Origin: Candidatus Shapirobacteria bacterium
Lineage (GTDB): Bacteria; Patescibacteriota; Microgenomatia; UBA12405
DNA: 45,725 nt
Assembly: GCA_023245435.1 (NCBI GenBank)
Contig: JAHFKH010000002.1
Location: 1-45,725 of the forward strand
Reading direction: 5' to 3'
Shown here: piece after piece, positions 1 through 9,297 of the stretch
Position numbering within the stretch: position 1 is the stretch's first letter
Layout of the letters: the number at the start of each line of letters is the position of its first letter
The notes under the pieces: generated by a model
Database searches by the model: none
Seen by the model: only the letters and a program-made list of their open reading frames with translations
Told to the model about the DNA's origin: nothing
Program-made: the position numbers and the translations under genes

Positions 1-8
1 TAATCAAG

Positions 9-80
9 TGCGCCCACCGAGAATCGGACTCGGATCAACGGTTCCGCAAACCGCTATTCTATCCATTAAACTATAGGCGC
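9..80 (-). tRNA. tRNA-Arg(GCG)
   Basis: Reverse complement folds as a cloverleaf: acceptor GCGCCTA/TGGGCGC, D-loop with G18G19A20, anticodon arm GCGGT-TTGCGGA-ACCGT, T-arm CCGAG-TCCGATT-CTCGG. No encoded CCA. Confidence 0.93.
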
Positions 81-108
81 GAATCCTGTTATTATAACCT
101 AAATTGAT

Positions 109-681
109 CTATTTATCCTTACTTTGGGTACTTGGCTTATCTTCAAGGGGGAGTCGGTCAGCAAACCATTTGGTAATTTTATCGACCAGGGTAGGTGATT
201 CATCAAGCATGGGGATTATTTTTAAAACAATTTCTTTAATTTTTTCTTGATCTTTTGGATCAATTACCATAGTTACCTGCCTGGGAAATCGTAAATTAGT
301 TTCAAAAGCGACCGTAAGGCTGGATAATGATTTTTTGAACCAAAAACGATTTAAAAGAGCCCATTCATAACGCAAATCACCAAAATAAATACCACGATTA
401 GTTAATTTATTATTAACCATTCCTGGGGGAACAGTCGATAGGGCGTAATATAAAAACATGACGGCAATTAGGGATAAAATTAAAGGAAATTCATTAACAA
501 AAAATAATATAATTGAAACTAAGACTAAAATTGCAATCGCAGTAATCCAAAAATCTCTATCTTTGCGTTGAAAACTACGTTCAGGTGCTGTCCATTCAAA
601 TAAGGTTTTTTCTTCATTAACATCCTGCAATTTTTCCTCAATCGGGTCAATATTCTTTTTTACATCGGTCATTAATATCAT
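109..681 (-). CDS. Membrane protein, DUF5673-like (CPR-typical); start may be 672
   Basis: 'LFEWTAPER' followed by two TM helices and a PH-like C-terminus ('LTNRGIYFGDLRYEW'). Confidence 0.7.
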   Translation of the reverse strand: MILMTDVKKNIDPIEEKLQDVNEEKTLFEWTAPERSFQRKDRDFWITAIAILVLVSIILFFVNEFPLILSLIAVMFLYYALSTVPPGMVNNKLTNRGIYFGDLRYEWALLNRFWFKKSLSSLTVAFETNLRFPRQVTMVIDPKDQEKIKEIVLKIIPMLDESPTLVDKITKWFADRLPLEDKPSTQSKDK

Positions 682-726
682 CTTAGCATAAAATAGGGTG
701 TCTTTTTGTTATAATCAGAAGCAATT

Positions 727-812
727 GGAAGGGTGCGGCGAATGGTAAGCCACGGGTTTGCTAAACCCGCGTCAGAAATGGCATGAGGGTTCGACTCCCT
801 CCCCTTCCGCCA
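727..812 (+). tRNA. tRNA-Ser(GCT), adjacent to the integration site
   Basis: Acceptor GGAAGGG/CCCTTCC, anticodon arm CGGGT-TTGCTAA-ACCCG, long variable arm, GGTTCGACTCC T-loop, encoded G-CCA end. Confidence 0.96.
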
Positions 813-840
813 AAGGGTCAAAGTTCTATGCGACCCACTT
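812..840. other. Candidate attL (core AAAGG + 24-bp element arm GTCAAAGTTCTATGCGACCCACTT)
   Basis: Arm is an imperfect inverted repeat of 30811-30834 (AAGTGGGT-N3-ATAG on both). Confidence 0.65.
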
Positions 841-946
841 GCTAGTCAAGTATTGCCCTAACCTGTTGGTGTTTATTCTTCAAAAGAAACATTTTTCGAT
901 TTAACAGCCTGTAATATATATAAATGGTGGAAGGCAAATAACTTAT

Positions 947-2131
947 TTATTCCTCAACTTTTGCAAATAGGAGGCTCTTGGCACTGAACAAAGCAGTAAT
1001 ACTTAAGATAGCAGTGGCAATTAAATATGGAGCCCGAAGTCCAATTTGACTATAAATAAAAGTACCAGCAACAGGTCCAATAATTCGGGCGACACTGCCG
1101 ATAGATTGACTAACACCCATTATATTTCCTTGCTCACTATCAGGAGTTTTTTTTGAAATGAGCCCAGCAAGTAACGGACCCGAAAGACTATTTCCAAAAG
1201 CCAATAACGTTACTGCAACAAAAAGCAAAGACATGTTGTTACTAAACGCAATCAAACCAAGAGCAAGTGCCATACAAACGATGGATACAATAATAGCGAT
1301 TCGTTCGGGAATAAATTTTAATATTCGTTTTAATAAAAACATCTGCATCACGATACCTATGAATCCTAAATAGGCAAAGATATAGCCGTTATCTCTGGCA
1401 GTTAGATGAAGTGAGTGTTCAGAAAAAAGAGCAAAAGTTCCCTGCATTAAGGAAAAAGCAAACATCATCATAAATGATATAGAAAGAAATAAACCAACTT
1501 CTGGATGAGTCAAAGCATCACGGAAATCTCCTAAACTAAAAAATTTCTTCCTTTTTTTAACCTCAACTTTAATGTCTTCATTAACTTTTATTGACTCAGG
1601 TAGAAAGAAATAGGTAAGAATTGTAGCTACCAGAGCAACTGCCCCAGCAACCAAGGCAGGAACGCCATAACCATAAACAGAGAGTAACCCGCCGGCTGCC
1701 GGTCCAAGAATCATCCCCAAACTAAGACCGGCCATCATAATTCCCATACCTTCAGTTCTATTTTCCTTACTGGTAATGTCGGCTATATAGGCCTGAGCAG
1801 TGGAGATATTTCCACCAGAAGCACCGTCAATGATGCGGGCTAAAAACAATAATGGTATAGAATTTGCAAAACCTAAAATTCCAAAAGATAATGCTGTTCC
1901 TCCAATAGAAAACAAAAGTATTGGCCGTCTGCCAAATCTATCCGATAACTCACCCAAAATCGGCGCTGATAAAAGCTGGAATACTGAATAAACAGTGGCA
2001 AGCAATCCAATAGTCACCGGTCCAGCACCAAAACTCTCGACATAGTAAGGCAGTAAAGGAAGAATAATACCAAAACCCAACATATTGATAAAAATAATCA
2101 AAAATATAATCCACATCCGTCTGTCTCTCAC
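947..2131 (-). CDS. MFS drug/H+ antiporter, TetA/DHA1-like
   Basis: About 12 TM helices, motif A 'GELSDRFGRRPIL', motif C-like 'GMILGPAAGG'. Confidence 0.9.
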   Translation of the reverse strand: MRDRRMWIIFLIIFINMLGFGIILPLLPYYVESFGAGPVTIGLLATVYSVFQLLSAPILGELSDRFGRRPILLFSIGGTALSFGILGFANSIPLLFLARIIDGASGGNISTAQAYIADITSKENRTEGMGIMMAGLSLGMILGPAAGGLLSVYGYGVPALVAGAVALVATILTYFFLPESIKVNEDIKVEVKKRKKFFSLGDFRDALTHPEVGLFLSISFMMMFAFSLMQGTFALFSEHSLHLTARDNGYIFAYLGFIGIVMQMFLLKRILKFIPERIAIIVSIVCMALALGLIAFSNNMSLLFVAVTLLAFGNSLSGPLLAGLISKKTPDSEQGNIMGVSQSIGSVARIIGPVAGTFIYSQIGLRAPYLIATAILSITALFSAKSLLFAKVEE

Positions 2132-2135
2132 GTGT

Positions 2136-3353
2136 TTATTCGTATCTTAATGCCTCAATAGGTGATAACTTGGCGGCTCTTTGGGCGGGATAATAGCCAA
2201 AAACAACTCCAACAATTGAAGAGACACCGACGGCAAGAAGAATTGAAGTCGGGGAAACGACAAAGGGAATATTAATTAAAGTGGAGGCGATAAATGAAAG
2301 AATGATTCCAATTGTCATCCCAATTACTCCCCCAACCAGGGTTAAAACAATGGCCTCTAGAATAAATTGAGTAAGAATGTCCCGATCTCTGGCACCAATA
2401 GATTTCAAAAGACCGATCTCTTTGGTCCTTTCGGTAACAGTCATGAGCATCATGTTCATAATGCCGATGCCACCGACAACCAGAGAAATACCGGCAATAC
2501 CGGCTAAAAGAGAAGTAAGTAATCCGGTAACTGAACCGACAGTGGCAAGGGCTTCCTGAGAACTGTTGACAGTAAAATCTTTTAAATCTCCTTCGGCAAT
2601 ATTGTGTTGATCAATCATTAGGGCGGTGACATCATTTATAGTTTGATCCACAAGATCGGCATTTTCTGCTTTGGCTAGAATAAAGGAAACATAATCCTGG
2701 CCGAGAAGAATTTTCATGGCCGTGTTGACGGGGATATAAACAGCTTTGTTGGGATTAGAAATAGCACTACTGTCCTTTTCTGTTAAAACACCAACTATCC
2801 TAAATGAGCGATTATCAATTTTTATGGTTTCGCCAACCGGTTCGGCACCTTCTCCAAATAAATCAGTGACCACTTGTGAACCAATGACAGCGACTCGAGA
2901 GAGGGCGCTTTCATCGTCTTTAGTAAAAAATTCACCTTGTTTAGCTTCCAGTGACTGAATAGAGAAATAATCGGCGGAGACTCCTTGGACATTAATATTG
3001 ATAGTTTGTCCATTAGCATTGGCTTGAACTGGTTTAGAAACAAGGGCTGAAACTGCTGAAATATTTTGAATTCGGGTTTTATCAGCTAAAGCTTTAGCAT
3101 CTTCGAGTTTAAGACTGTTGGTTTGAGTGCGTATTCCCTGTCGACCTTCACTTGATCCTGGGGTGATATAAATGGTGTTGGTACCAAACGAAGAAAGTTG
3201 ATTGTTAATACTTTTAGTGGCGCCATCTCCTAAGGAAATAATTAAAATAACTGAGGCAATCCCAATAACAATGCCAAGCATAGTTAAAAGAGTACGAAGA
3301 ACATTTCCCTTGAGGGCAGCGATGGCAGATAAAATAAGTTCGCGGTAATTCAT
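2136..3353 (-). CDS. ABC transporter permease, MacB/FtsX family
   Basis: 'RTLLTMLGIVIGIASV', 'SLVVGGIGIMNMM..VTERTKEIG', 'PAQRAAKLSPIEALRYE'. Confidence 0.95.
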   Translation of the reverse strand: MNYRELILSAIAALKGNVLRTLLTMLGIVIGIASVILIISLGDGATKSINNQLSSFGTNTIYITPGSSEGRQGIRTQTNSLKLEDAKALADKTRIQNISAVSALVSKPVQANANGQTININVQGVSADYFSIQSLEAKQGEFFTKDDESALSRVAVIGSQVVTDLFGEGAEPVGETIKIDNRSFRIVGVLTEKDSSAISNPNKAVYIPVNTAMKILLGQDYVSFILAKAENADLVDQTINDVTALMIDQHNIAEGDLKDFTVNSSQEALATVGSVTGLLTSLLAGIAGISLVVGGIGIMNMMLMTVTERTKEIGLLKSIGARDRDILTQFILEAIVLTLVGGVIGMTIGIILSFIASTLINIPFVVSPTSILLAVGVSSIVGVVFGYYPAQRAAKLSPIEALRYE

Positions 3354-3357
3354 ATAA

Positions 3358-4056
3358 TTAGTTCTTTTTATCAGAAATTATTTTGCCATCTTTTAAACGC
3401 ACAACTCGTTTGGCAAAAGTGGCCATATCGTCCTCGTGAGTAATAAGAACAATGGTATGACCTTTTTTATTGAGTTCTTGAAAAAAGGTCATAATTTCAG
3501 TGGCGGTTTTACTGTCTAAATTTCCAGTTGGTTCGTCGGCTAGAATAATGGCTGGACTCATCACTAACGCCCGGGCAATTGCCACCCGTTGAATTTGACC
3601 TCCGGAAATGTGATTGGAGATATTATTGGATTTTGATTCGATATTAACGAGTTTCAAGGCTTCCATAGCCCTTTTTTGCCGTTCTTCAGGAGGAATACCA
3701 GCATACATCATGGGGCGTTCGACATTTTTGAGGACAGTAGTTCGGGGAAGTAAATTGAAAGATTGAAAGACGAAGCCAATTTCACGATTCCTAATGTAAG
3801 CTAATTCATCACTATTGTAGGAGCTGATGTCTTTACCCTTTAGAAAATATTGGCCACTAGTGGGGGTGTCGAGGGCACCTAAAATATGCATGGTAGTGGA
3901 TTTACCACTGCCTGATGGTCCCATAATAGCCACAAATTCCCCTTTTTTAATATCAAGAGAAAGTCCTTTTAGGGCCTCATAACCATCGCTTCCTTGACCA
4001 TAGATCTTAGTGATATTTCGGAGGGAAATGATAACGGTGTCGTCTTTTTGATTCAT
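3358..4056 (-). CDS. ABC ATP-binding protein, MacB/LolD type
   Basis: Walker A GPSGSGKST, signature ISGGQ, 'ILADEPTGNLD'. Confidence 0.95.
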   Translation of the reverse strand: MNQKDDTVIISLRNITKIYGQGSDGYEALKGLSLDIKKGEFVAIMGPSGSGKSTTMHILGALDTPTSGQYFLKGKDISSYNSDELAYIRNREIGFVFQSFNLLPRTTVLKNVERPMMYAGIPPEERQKRAMEALKLVNIESKSNNISNHISGGQIQRVAIARALVMSPAIILADEPTGNLDSKTATEIMTFFQELNKKGHTIVLITHEDDMATFAKRVVRLKDGKIISDKKN

Positions 4057-4059
4057 AAT

Positions 4060-5271
4060 TTAGCCTCCAAGTGGACTGCTACTAGTTGACTTTACAGCTC
4101 CATTTTTAGTACCAGTGATGATTTGAGTACCTTCATCAAGACCACTTTTAATTTCGGTTCGTTCTGGGCTCTTAATGCCAATTTCAACCGGAATATATTT
4201 GGTAGTTTTAGTTTTAGGATCGATAACTTGAACAGCTTTTTTGCCCTCGTAGGGTTTAATAGCGCTGTTGGGAACGGTCAAAACATTTTCAGCTTTGTCG
4301 ACTTCGATATCAACATTAGCGGTCATGGCTGGGCGGATAGAATCTTCAGGGTCGGTTATTTTGATAACAATATTGTAGGTAATAACGCCGAGAGTATTGG
4401 TACCGATGGAATCGACATGAATGACTTGACCATTGAATGTTTTACCGGGAAAAGCATCCAGATTTAATTGAGCAGAATCGCCATTTTTTACTTTTGGAAC
4501 ATCGACCTCATTTAGGGCTAATTTTACAGTATAGCTGTTAAGATCGACAATAATGAGAACTGGTGTTGAGGAGGTGCTCAGAACAGTGCCACCGTTGGCA
4601 ATTACTTTGTCACCGATTTCGTAGGCTAAATTGGCGATGGTTCCGGAAGAGGGAGCTTTAACAGTGACACTTTGAGTTGTGCGATAAATAAATTCGGCTG
4701 ATTTAAGAGAAGCCTCGGCAGTTTTTAGAGTATCAGAGGCATTATCATTGGCAACTTCAAATGAGGTTCTGGTAGCTTTTTCAGAAAAGTTTTCATCACT
4801 GGAGTGGTCTTTTAGCTGGTCATGAATGTTGTCAACTAGGGCTTGAGTATTGCGTCGGTTATTAAGAGCTTGTTGATAGGCAGAAGCGGCACTTTGGTAA
4901 GTAGCAAAGGCGGCAGCCTTTTCCTGGTCGGTGGCAGTACTACGGATTTGAAACAGATTTTGATTGACTTTAACAGAAGCACCATCTTCGACATAAATTT
5001 TTTCGATAATTCCGGTGGAACTGGAATAGACGTCAGATCTGTTGGTAGTGGCAATGTTACCGGTTTCAGAAACAATTTGGGAAATAGTGGCTTTTTCAAC
5101 AGCTTGAGTGAGATACTGGGGTTTTGCATTAGCACTTTGAACTCGCTTAAAGATAAAAAAAATGACAATTAAAATAGCAACAATTACAACTATTTTATTT
5201 TTCGTTCTTATTTTACGAAACCATTTAATTGGTTTTTGAACTGATTGAAGGATTTGTTTTAATTTATTCAT
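4060..5271 (-). CDS. Efflux membrane-fusion/adaptor protein, MacA/HlyD family
   Basis: N-terminal TM anchor, lipoyl halves ('IEKIYVEDGASV', 'VKAPSSGTI'), helical hairpin, 'IRPAMTANV'. Confidence 0.92.
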   Translation of the reverse strand: MNKLKQILQSVQKPIKWFRKIRTKNKIVVIVAILIVIFFIFKRVQSANAKPQYLTQAVEKATISQIVSETGNIATTNRSDVYSSSTGIIEKIYVEDGASVKVNQNLFQIRSTATDQEKAAAFATYQSAASAYQQALNNRRNTQALVDNIHDQLKDHSSDENFSEKATRTSFEVANDNASDTLKTAEASLKSAEFIYRTTQSVTVKAPSSGTIANLAYEIGDKVIANGGTVLSTSSTPVLIIVDLNSYTVKLALNEVDVPKVKNGDSAQLNLDAFPGKTFNGQVIHVDSIGTNTLGVITYNIVIKITDPEDSIRPAMTANVDIEVDKAENVLTVPNSAIKPYEGKKAVQVIDPKTKTTKYIPVEIGIKSPERTEIKSGLDEGTQIITGTKNGAVKSTSSSPLGG

Positions 5272-5707
5272 TATGTTCTTTAGTTAATGTTTCTAAAAGA
5301 TTGGCATATATTCTAGTAAGATCCTTGAGGTCTTTTGTTGGAATTTTAGAGAAAATCATTTGTATTTTTTCCATGAGTTTCTTTCTAAGAGTAACAAATT
5401 CCCTCTCGCCGCTTTCAGTGATAATTAGCCTGATAATACGTCTGTCTTCTTGATCATTAATTCTTTCTATAAGTCCTACCTTTACAAGTCTTTCTATAAG
5501 TTGTGTCGCTGAAGATTTTGAAAGTTTCAAAAAGTTAGCCAAACCACTAACAGTTCCACGTGGCTCTTCTTTTAAAAATTGGAGTGCCGTAAGTTGGAGC
5601 ATAGTTGCTTTTTTCTCTTCATGATCTTCCTGTGTCTGTTGAGACATAAGTTTTCCAAACTGCATCATGGTGCTAAATAATTGTTCGAAATCGGCGTCGT
5701 TTTTCAT
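5264..5707 (-). CDS. MarR family transcriptional regulator
   Basis: 'LSKSSATQLIERLVKVGLIER..DRR..LIITESG'. Confidence 0.93.
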   Translation of the reverse strand: MKNDADFEQLFSTMMQFGKLMSQQTQEDHEEKKATMLQLTALQFLKEEPRGTVSGLANFLKLSKSSATQLIERLVKVGLIERINDQEDRRIIRLIITESGEREFVTLRKKLMEKIQMIFSKIPTKDLKDLTRIYANLLETLTKEHNE

Positions 5708-5717
5708 AGTTATTAGG

Positions 5718-5759
5718 TTTAACAGTTAAATAGTTTACCACATAAACTATATATTGCAA
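5718..5759 (-). promoter_or_regulatory. MarR operon promoter with palindromic operators
   Basis: ATAGTTTA-N5-TAAACTAT (5730-5750) and TTTAAC-A-GTTAAA (5718-5730) overlap TTGCAA-N16-TAAACT on the minus strand. Confidence 0.65.
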
Positions 5760-5792
5760 CAATTTAATCTGTGGTAGAGTTTTTGACCATAC

Positions 5793-5900
5793 TTTGATCG
5801 TCAGCTTATTTGTTGTGTGTGTAAACTTTGTCTTGATTGCTGACACTATTTGGATTCTGTCTTCAGCAGATCCAGTTTTTAAAACGTAGCGAATAATATC
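5793..5900 (-). pseudogene. Relic of a serine recombinase C-terminus
   Basis: VLKTGSAEDRIQIVSAIKTKF..LTIK matches VLKAGSAEDRIQIMSAIKTKF..LTIK of 19431..20756 (23/31 aa identical). Confidence 0.88.
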
Positions 5901-6047
5901 CACAATTAATATAAAATTAATTGTGTAATATGTTTACATTTTAGGGTGTAATAATAATCATCCTCATGTTGGTTGGATGCTAAACTATTTATTAGATAAT
6001 TCTACAAACTGCTTCCAAAATATTAAAAGAGGAAGTAAAAAAATCTA

Positions 6048-6668
6048 ATGATCGCCATTATTTTGACCGCCATTGCTACTTTTATTGTCACAGGAATAGA
6101 TGAAATTGTTGTTCTAACAATACTTTTTGTTCATTACAAAGAAAATAGTTCTGTCAGAGATATCTATATTGGTCAACTAATCTCAATGGTTGTTCTTTTG
6201 GCCATTAGTCTACTGGCGGTCTTTGGTATTACTACAATACCGAAGGAGTGGATTGGTCTATTGGGATTTGTTCCGTTTTTTTTGGGAATTAAAGTTTTTT
6301 TAATCGGCGATACCGAATCTTATGACGTGTATGAAGAAAAAGATTTAATTAAAAAAACCAAAAAGTTTAATAATTTAATTTTAGCAGTGGCCATAATTGC
6401 TATCGCTGGTGGTGCTGAAGAATTATCTATTTATATACCTTATTTAGCCTCTCTGAATACTAAAGATCTTATTACTACTCTAATAACCTTTATTTTATTA
6501 GTGCCAATTTGGTGTGCAGTATGTAAAAGACTTTCTTCTGTTAAGCGCATTCGTGAAAGAATTGAAAAATTTGAAAGAATTATCGTGCCAATTGTGTTTA
6601 TTGGTTTAGGTATTTTTGTTTTAATTGAAAACAATACTCTAGGTTATTTTTTAAAATTTTTTCATTAA
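6048..6668 (+). CDS. cadD: Cadmium resistance transporter, CadD family
   Basis: 'FIVTGIDEIVVL', 'IYIGQ', 'WIGLLGFVP', 'GAEELSIYIP', 'ERIIVPIVFIGLG'. Confidence 0.8.
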   Translation: MIAIILTAIATFIVTGIDEIVVLTILFVHYKENSSVRDIYIGQLISMVVLLAISLLAVFGITTIPKEWIGLLGFVPFFLGIKVFLIGDTESYDVYEEKDLIKKTKKFNNLILAVAIIAIAGGAEELSIYIPYLASLNTKDLITTLITFILLVPIWCAVCKRLSSVKRIRERIEKFERIIVPIVFIGLGIFVLIENNTLGYFLKFFH

Positions 6669-6691
6669 GTCCAGAGAGGTTATAATTATTT

Positions 6692-7015
6692 ATGATCAAA
6701 AAACTCTTAATCAATGCTCTTGCGTTTTATATCACGGCATATTTAATACCCGGTATTGTCATTAACGGTTGGCCGGCTCTATTAGTTATTTCCGTTGTTT
6801 GGGGAATACTGACAACTACTATTAAACCGATACTCACTATTTTAACCCTACCAATTAATATTGGAACCTTAGGCTTATTTACATTTGTGATTAATGCCGT
6901 TCTGCTCTTAATTGTCAGCAATATTGTTCCTGGATTCAGTATTAATGGTTTCGGCAATGCCTTACTTGCTGCCGTAGTACTTGCTATTACTAACGGGTTT
7001 CTGTTGCTGATTTAG
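6692..7015 (+). CDS. 4-TM 'phage holin family IV' / YvlD-like membrane protein
   Basis: 'IKPILTILTLPINIGTLGLFTFVINA' family signature. Confidence 0.85.
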   Translation: MIKKLLINALAFYITAYLIPGIVINGWPALLVISVVWGILTTTIKPILTILTLPINIGTLGLFTFVINAVLLLIVSNIVPGFSINGFGNALLAAVVLAITNGFLLLI

Positions 7016-7790
7016 CCTTCAAATTAAAAAAATTACTGTCCATCATCGCTTGGTAACCTAAATCGATTAATTTTTGATAGTTTCTTTTTCTGAAATCCAA
7101 AATAAAAATATTATTGTCAGTTAAATTTAAATAAGTTATTTTTTGATTTTTTAATTTTTTAATCTCTTCTTGTCCGATACGAAGTTGCATAAAAGCGACT
7201 GAGCTATAAAGTACGTCGGGCGCAGAAGTGTTATTATCAATTTTTTTAATTGGTCCGGTAATATCAGAAATAATTAAGTTGTTAGTATCTTTAACCAGCG
7301 ATATTGGCAAATTATTTGCTACCCCACCGTCAATCAGATATCTTTCCTCAATTTTTACCGGAGAAAATACTCCGGGAATCGAAATGGCAGCCAATAACCC
7401 GGGGAAAAGTGATCCATGGTTAAAAATGATTTCTTCTTTTTGGTTAATATCAGTGGCGTTAAAAGAAAATGGTATTTTTAGTTCAGAAAAATTTGTAACC
7501 GGGATGAAACTTCTTAGAAGTGGTTCGATTCCCCGGGTTGAGCTTTCTCCTGTTCCGAAAGCACTGGTTTTTAACATCTTCAGATAATCGAGTTCTGAAA
7601 CTATTTTTTCTAGATCAATTTGGGGATCAGTAGCATATATCGCTCCGATTATCGCCCCAATTGAGGTTCCAGATACTTTATCTATTTTTATTCCTAGTTC
7701 TTGTATTGCTTTAATAACCCCGACATGAAAAAAACCTCTGGCTCCGCCGCCGCCAAGCACCAAACCAAGACTTTTCTTAGTAGATAACAC
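6990..7790 (-). CDS. Patatin-like phospholipase
   Basis: GGGGARG, GTSIG nucleophile elbow, DGG motif. Confidence 0.93.
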   Translation of the reverse strand: MLSTKKSLGLVLGGGGARGFFHVGVIKAIQELGIKIDKVSGTSIGAIIGAIYATDPQIDLEKIVSELDYLKMLKTSAFGTGESSTRGIEPLLRSFIPVTNFSELKIPFSFNATDINQKEEIIFNHGSLFPGLLAAISIPGVFSPVKIEERYLIDGGVANNLPISLVKDTNNLIISDITGPIKKIDNNTSAPDVLYSSVAFMQLRIGQEEIKKLKNQKITYLNLTDNNIFILDFRKRNYQKLIDLGYQAMMDSNFFNLKAKSATETR

Positions 7791-7822
7791 AGCTAAAGTA
7801 TATCTAATTTAAAGAACTAAAG

Positions 7823-9295
7823 TTAAAAAGTGTCTTTGATGGTTTTAGACATGGTAGTAAAGACGAGTTTGAGACGATCAAAAAAACTTCGATTGTCTTT
7901 TTCCTCTTCAATAGCGGCCAATTTTGCCTTTTTGTCCACTTTAATCTCTTGAGTCCGTAAAACCACTTGTAAACTATGAGGAGCAGTATTTTTACTGGAA
8001 GTAAAAGAGACCTTTTTGGCACTGGTATCAATATCCAAAATCCCCAAGTCTTTATCAAATCGATTCCACTCATCTTTGACGACACTGGAAATTATCTGTT
8101 TATTTTTCTTGAGATCATCAGTTTTATTAAGGGCATTGTTCATGTCGCTCATCAAAGTGGATGCTCCATTTAAGCTGAGTTTTACCCCATCATTAAGTTT
8201 ATCGCCGTTACCATTATCAAAAAGACCAGTAATTCCGCCAAGGGTACCACTAAGATTATCCAAAAGGTTAGAAGTTTCTGATAGACCGCTATCGATTCCC
8301 ATGGCACTAGCGGTGGCCGAATAGGGAGACACACTAATAATGTAATTAAAACTATTCAATCTGGATTGCAAAGTATTTAAAGAATCTTTAGTTTGGTTAA
8401 GATTATTAATAGTGTCATTACCGGTATCGCCAACACTTTGACGGACTTCATTTAATTTATTAAGGCCGTCAGTAGTAGTTTGTAGACCACTTTGCATTCC
8501 GGTCATAATGTCGAAAACATCATCTAAAGTCGAATCAATGGCCTTGCTGGCACTAACTAGACTATTCTTATGTGCTTTAATCTGTTTAATACTGTCTAAT
8601 TGTCCTAAAGTTGCTGGCGTCATCGCCGCAATTACACCACTGCTTTCAAAACTGTCAGTTCCAATTTCAAAATGAAAAGTTTCACTTTGTTTTGGTAAAG
8701 CCACAAAAAACGCCGCCTGATATGAACCAATTGATTGCTGCTGAGATCCGGGAGCGCTGAAACTATAGTTTTTGTTACTGTCAGACATCATTCCCACCAT
8801 CAAAATAAAATTATTTTTATAATAACTATTCACCTTACTATTAGGAGTAACAGTCACATCAATTGCCATCAAACCAGAAGCCCCCGCTAATTTTTCCGCT
8901 TTGACTGGAACTCCGTTAAGTTTGTAGTTCACATCAATATTCCAAGGAATTTCTAAGTTATTATCTTGAGGGGTGACTTCGTAGTAAAAACGTTTAGGCG
9001 CAGTTTTTTCGTCCAAATTCCAAACCAAGTGATCACTATTTATTTCTGGTTTATCCAAGGTGCTCATATTAGTTACCTGTGAATATTGACCATAGTCGGT
9101 AATTTGAGTGTTGCTGTTTAAATCAACCCCTTTAACCACACTAACTTTTTTGACTTGGCCATAATAATCTAAGGTAAAATAAGCCGTTTCATCGGTAGTC
9201 GGCACTGGTACTGCCGCTAGGACCGGAAAACGACTAATCCCTGTTATTAGGCATAAACCAATAAAACTTATTAAAATTTGAGTTATCTTTTTCAT
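7823..9295 (-). CDS. Secreted coiled-coil protein, YhgE/Pip-like partner of MMPL transporter
   Basis: Signal peptide, 'TDETAYFTLDYYG', 'YKLNGVPVKAEKLAGASG', heptad-rich C-half. Lies 2 bp downstream of the MMPL gene. Confidence 0.65.
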   Translation of the reverse strand: MKKITQILISFIGLCLITGISRFPVLAAVPVPTTDETAYFTLDYYGQVKKVSVVKGVDLNSNTQITDYGQYSQVTNMSTLDKPEINSDHLVWNLDEKTAPKRFYYEVTPQDNNLEIPWNIDVNYKLNGVPVKAEKLAGASGLMAIDVTVTPNSKVNSYYKNNFILMVGMMSDSNKNYSFSAPGSQQQSIGSYQAAFFVALPKQSETFHFEIGTDSFESSGVIAAMTPATLGQLDSIKQIKAHKNSLVSASKAIDSTLDDVFDIMTGMQSGLQTTTDGLNKLNEVRQSVGDTGNDTINNLNQTKDSLNTLQSRLNSFNYIISVSPYSATASAMGIDSGLSETSNLLDNLSGTLGGITGLFDNGNGDKLNDGVKLSLNGASTLMSDMNNALNKTDDLKKNKQIISSVVKDEWNRFDKDLGILDIDTSAKKVSFTSSKNTAPHSLQVVLRTQEIKVDKKAKLAAIEEEKDNRSFFDRLKLVFTTMSKTIKDTF

Positions 9296-9297
9296 AT

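Noticed and set aside
781..812. Long duplication of the tRNA 3' end as attR
   Set aside because: No second copy was seen by eye; only the 5-bp AAAGG is shared, as expected for a serine rather than a tyrosine integrase.
5673..5903. 76-aa ORF as a functional gene
   Set aside because: It is a recombinase relic read through the MarR promoter and overlapping the MarR start.
6692..7015. 'Holin' as a lysis gene of the element
   Set aside because: This family is common in chromosomes, no endolysin is nearby, and it lies in the cargo block.
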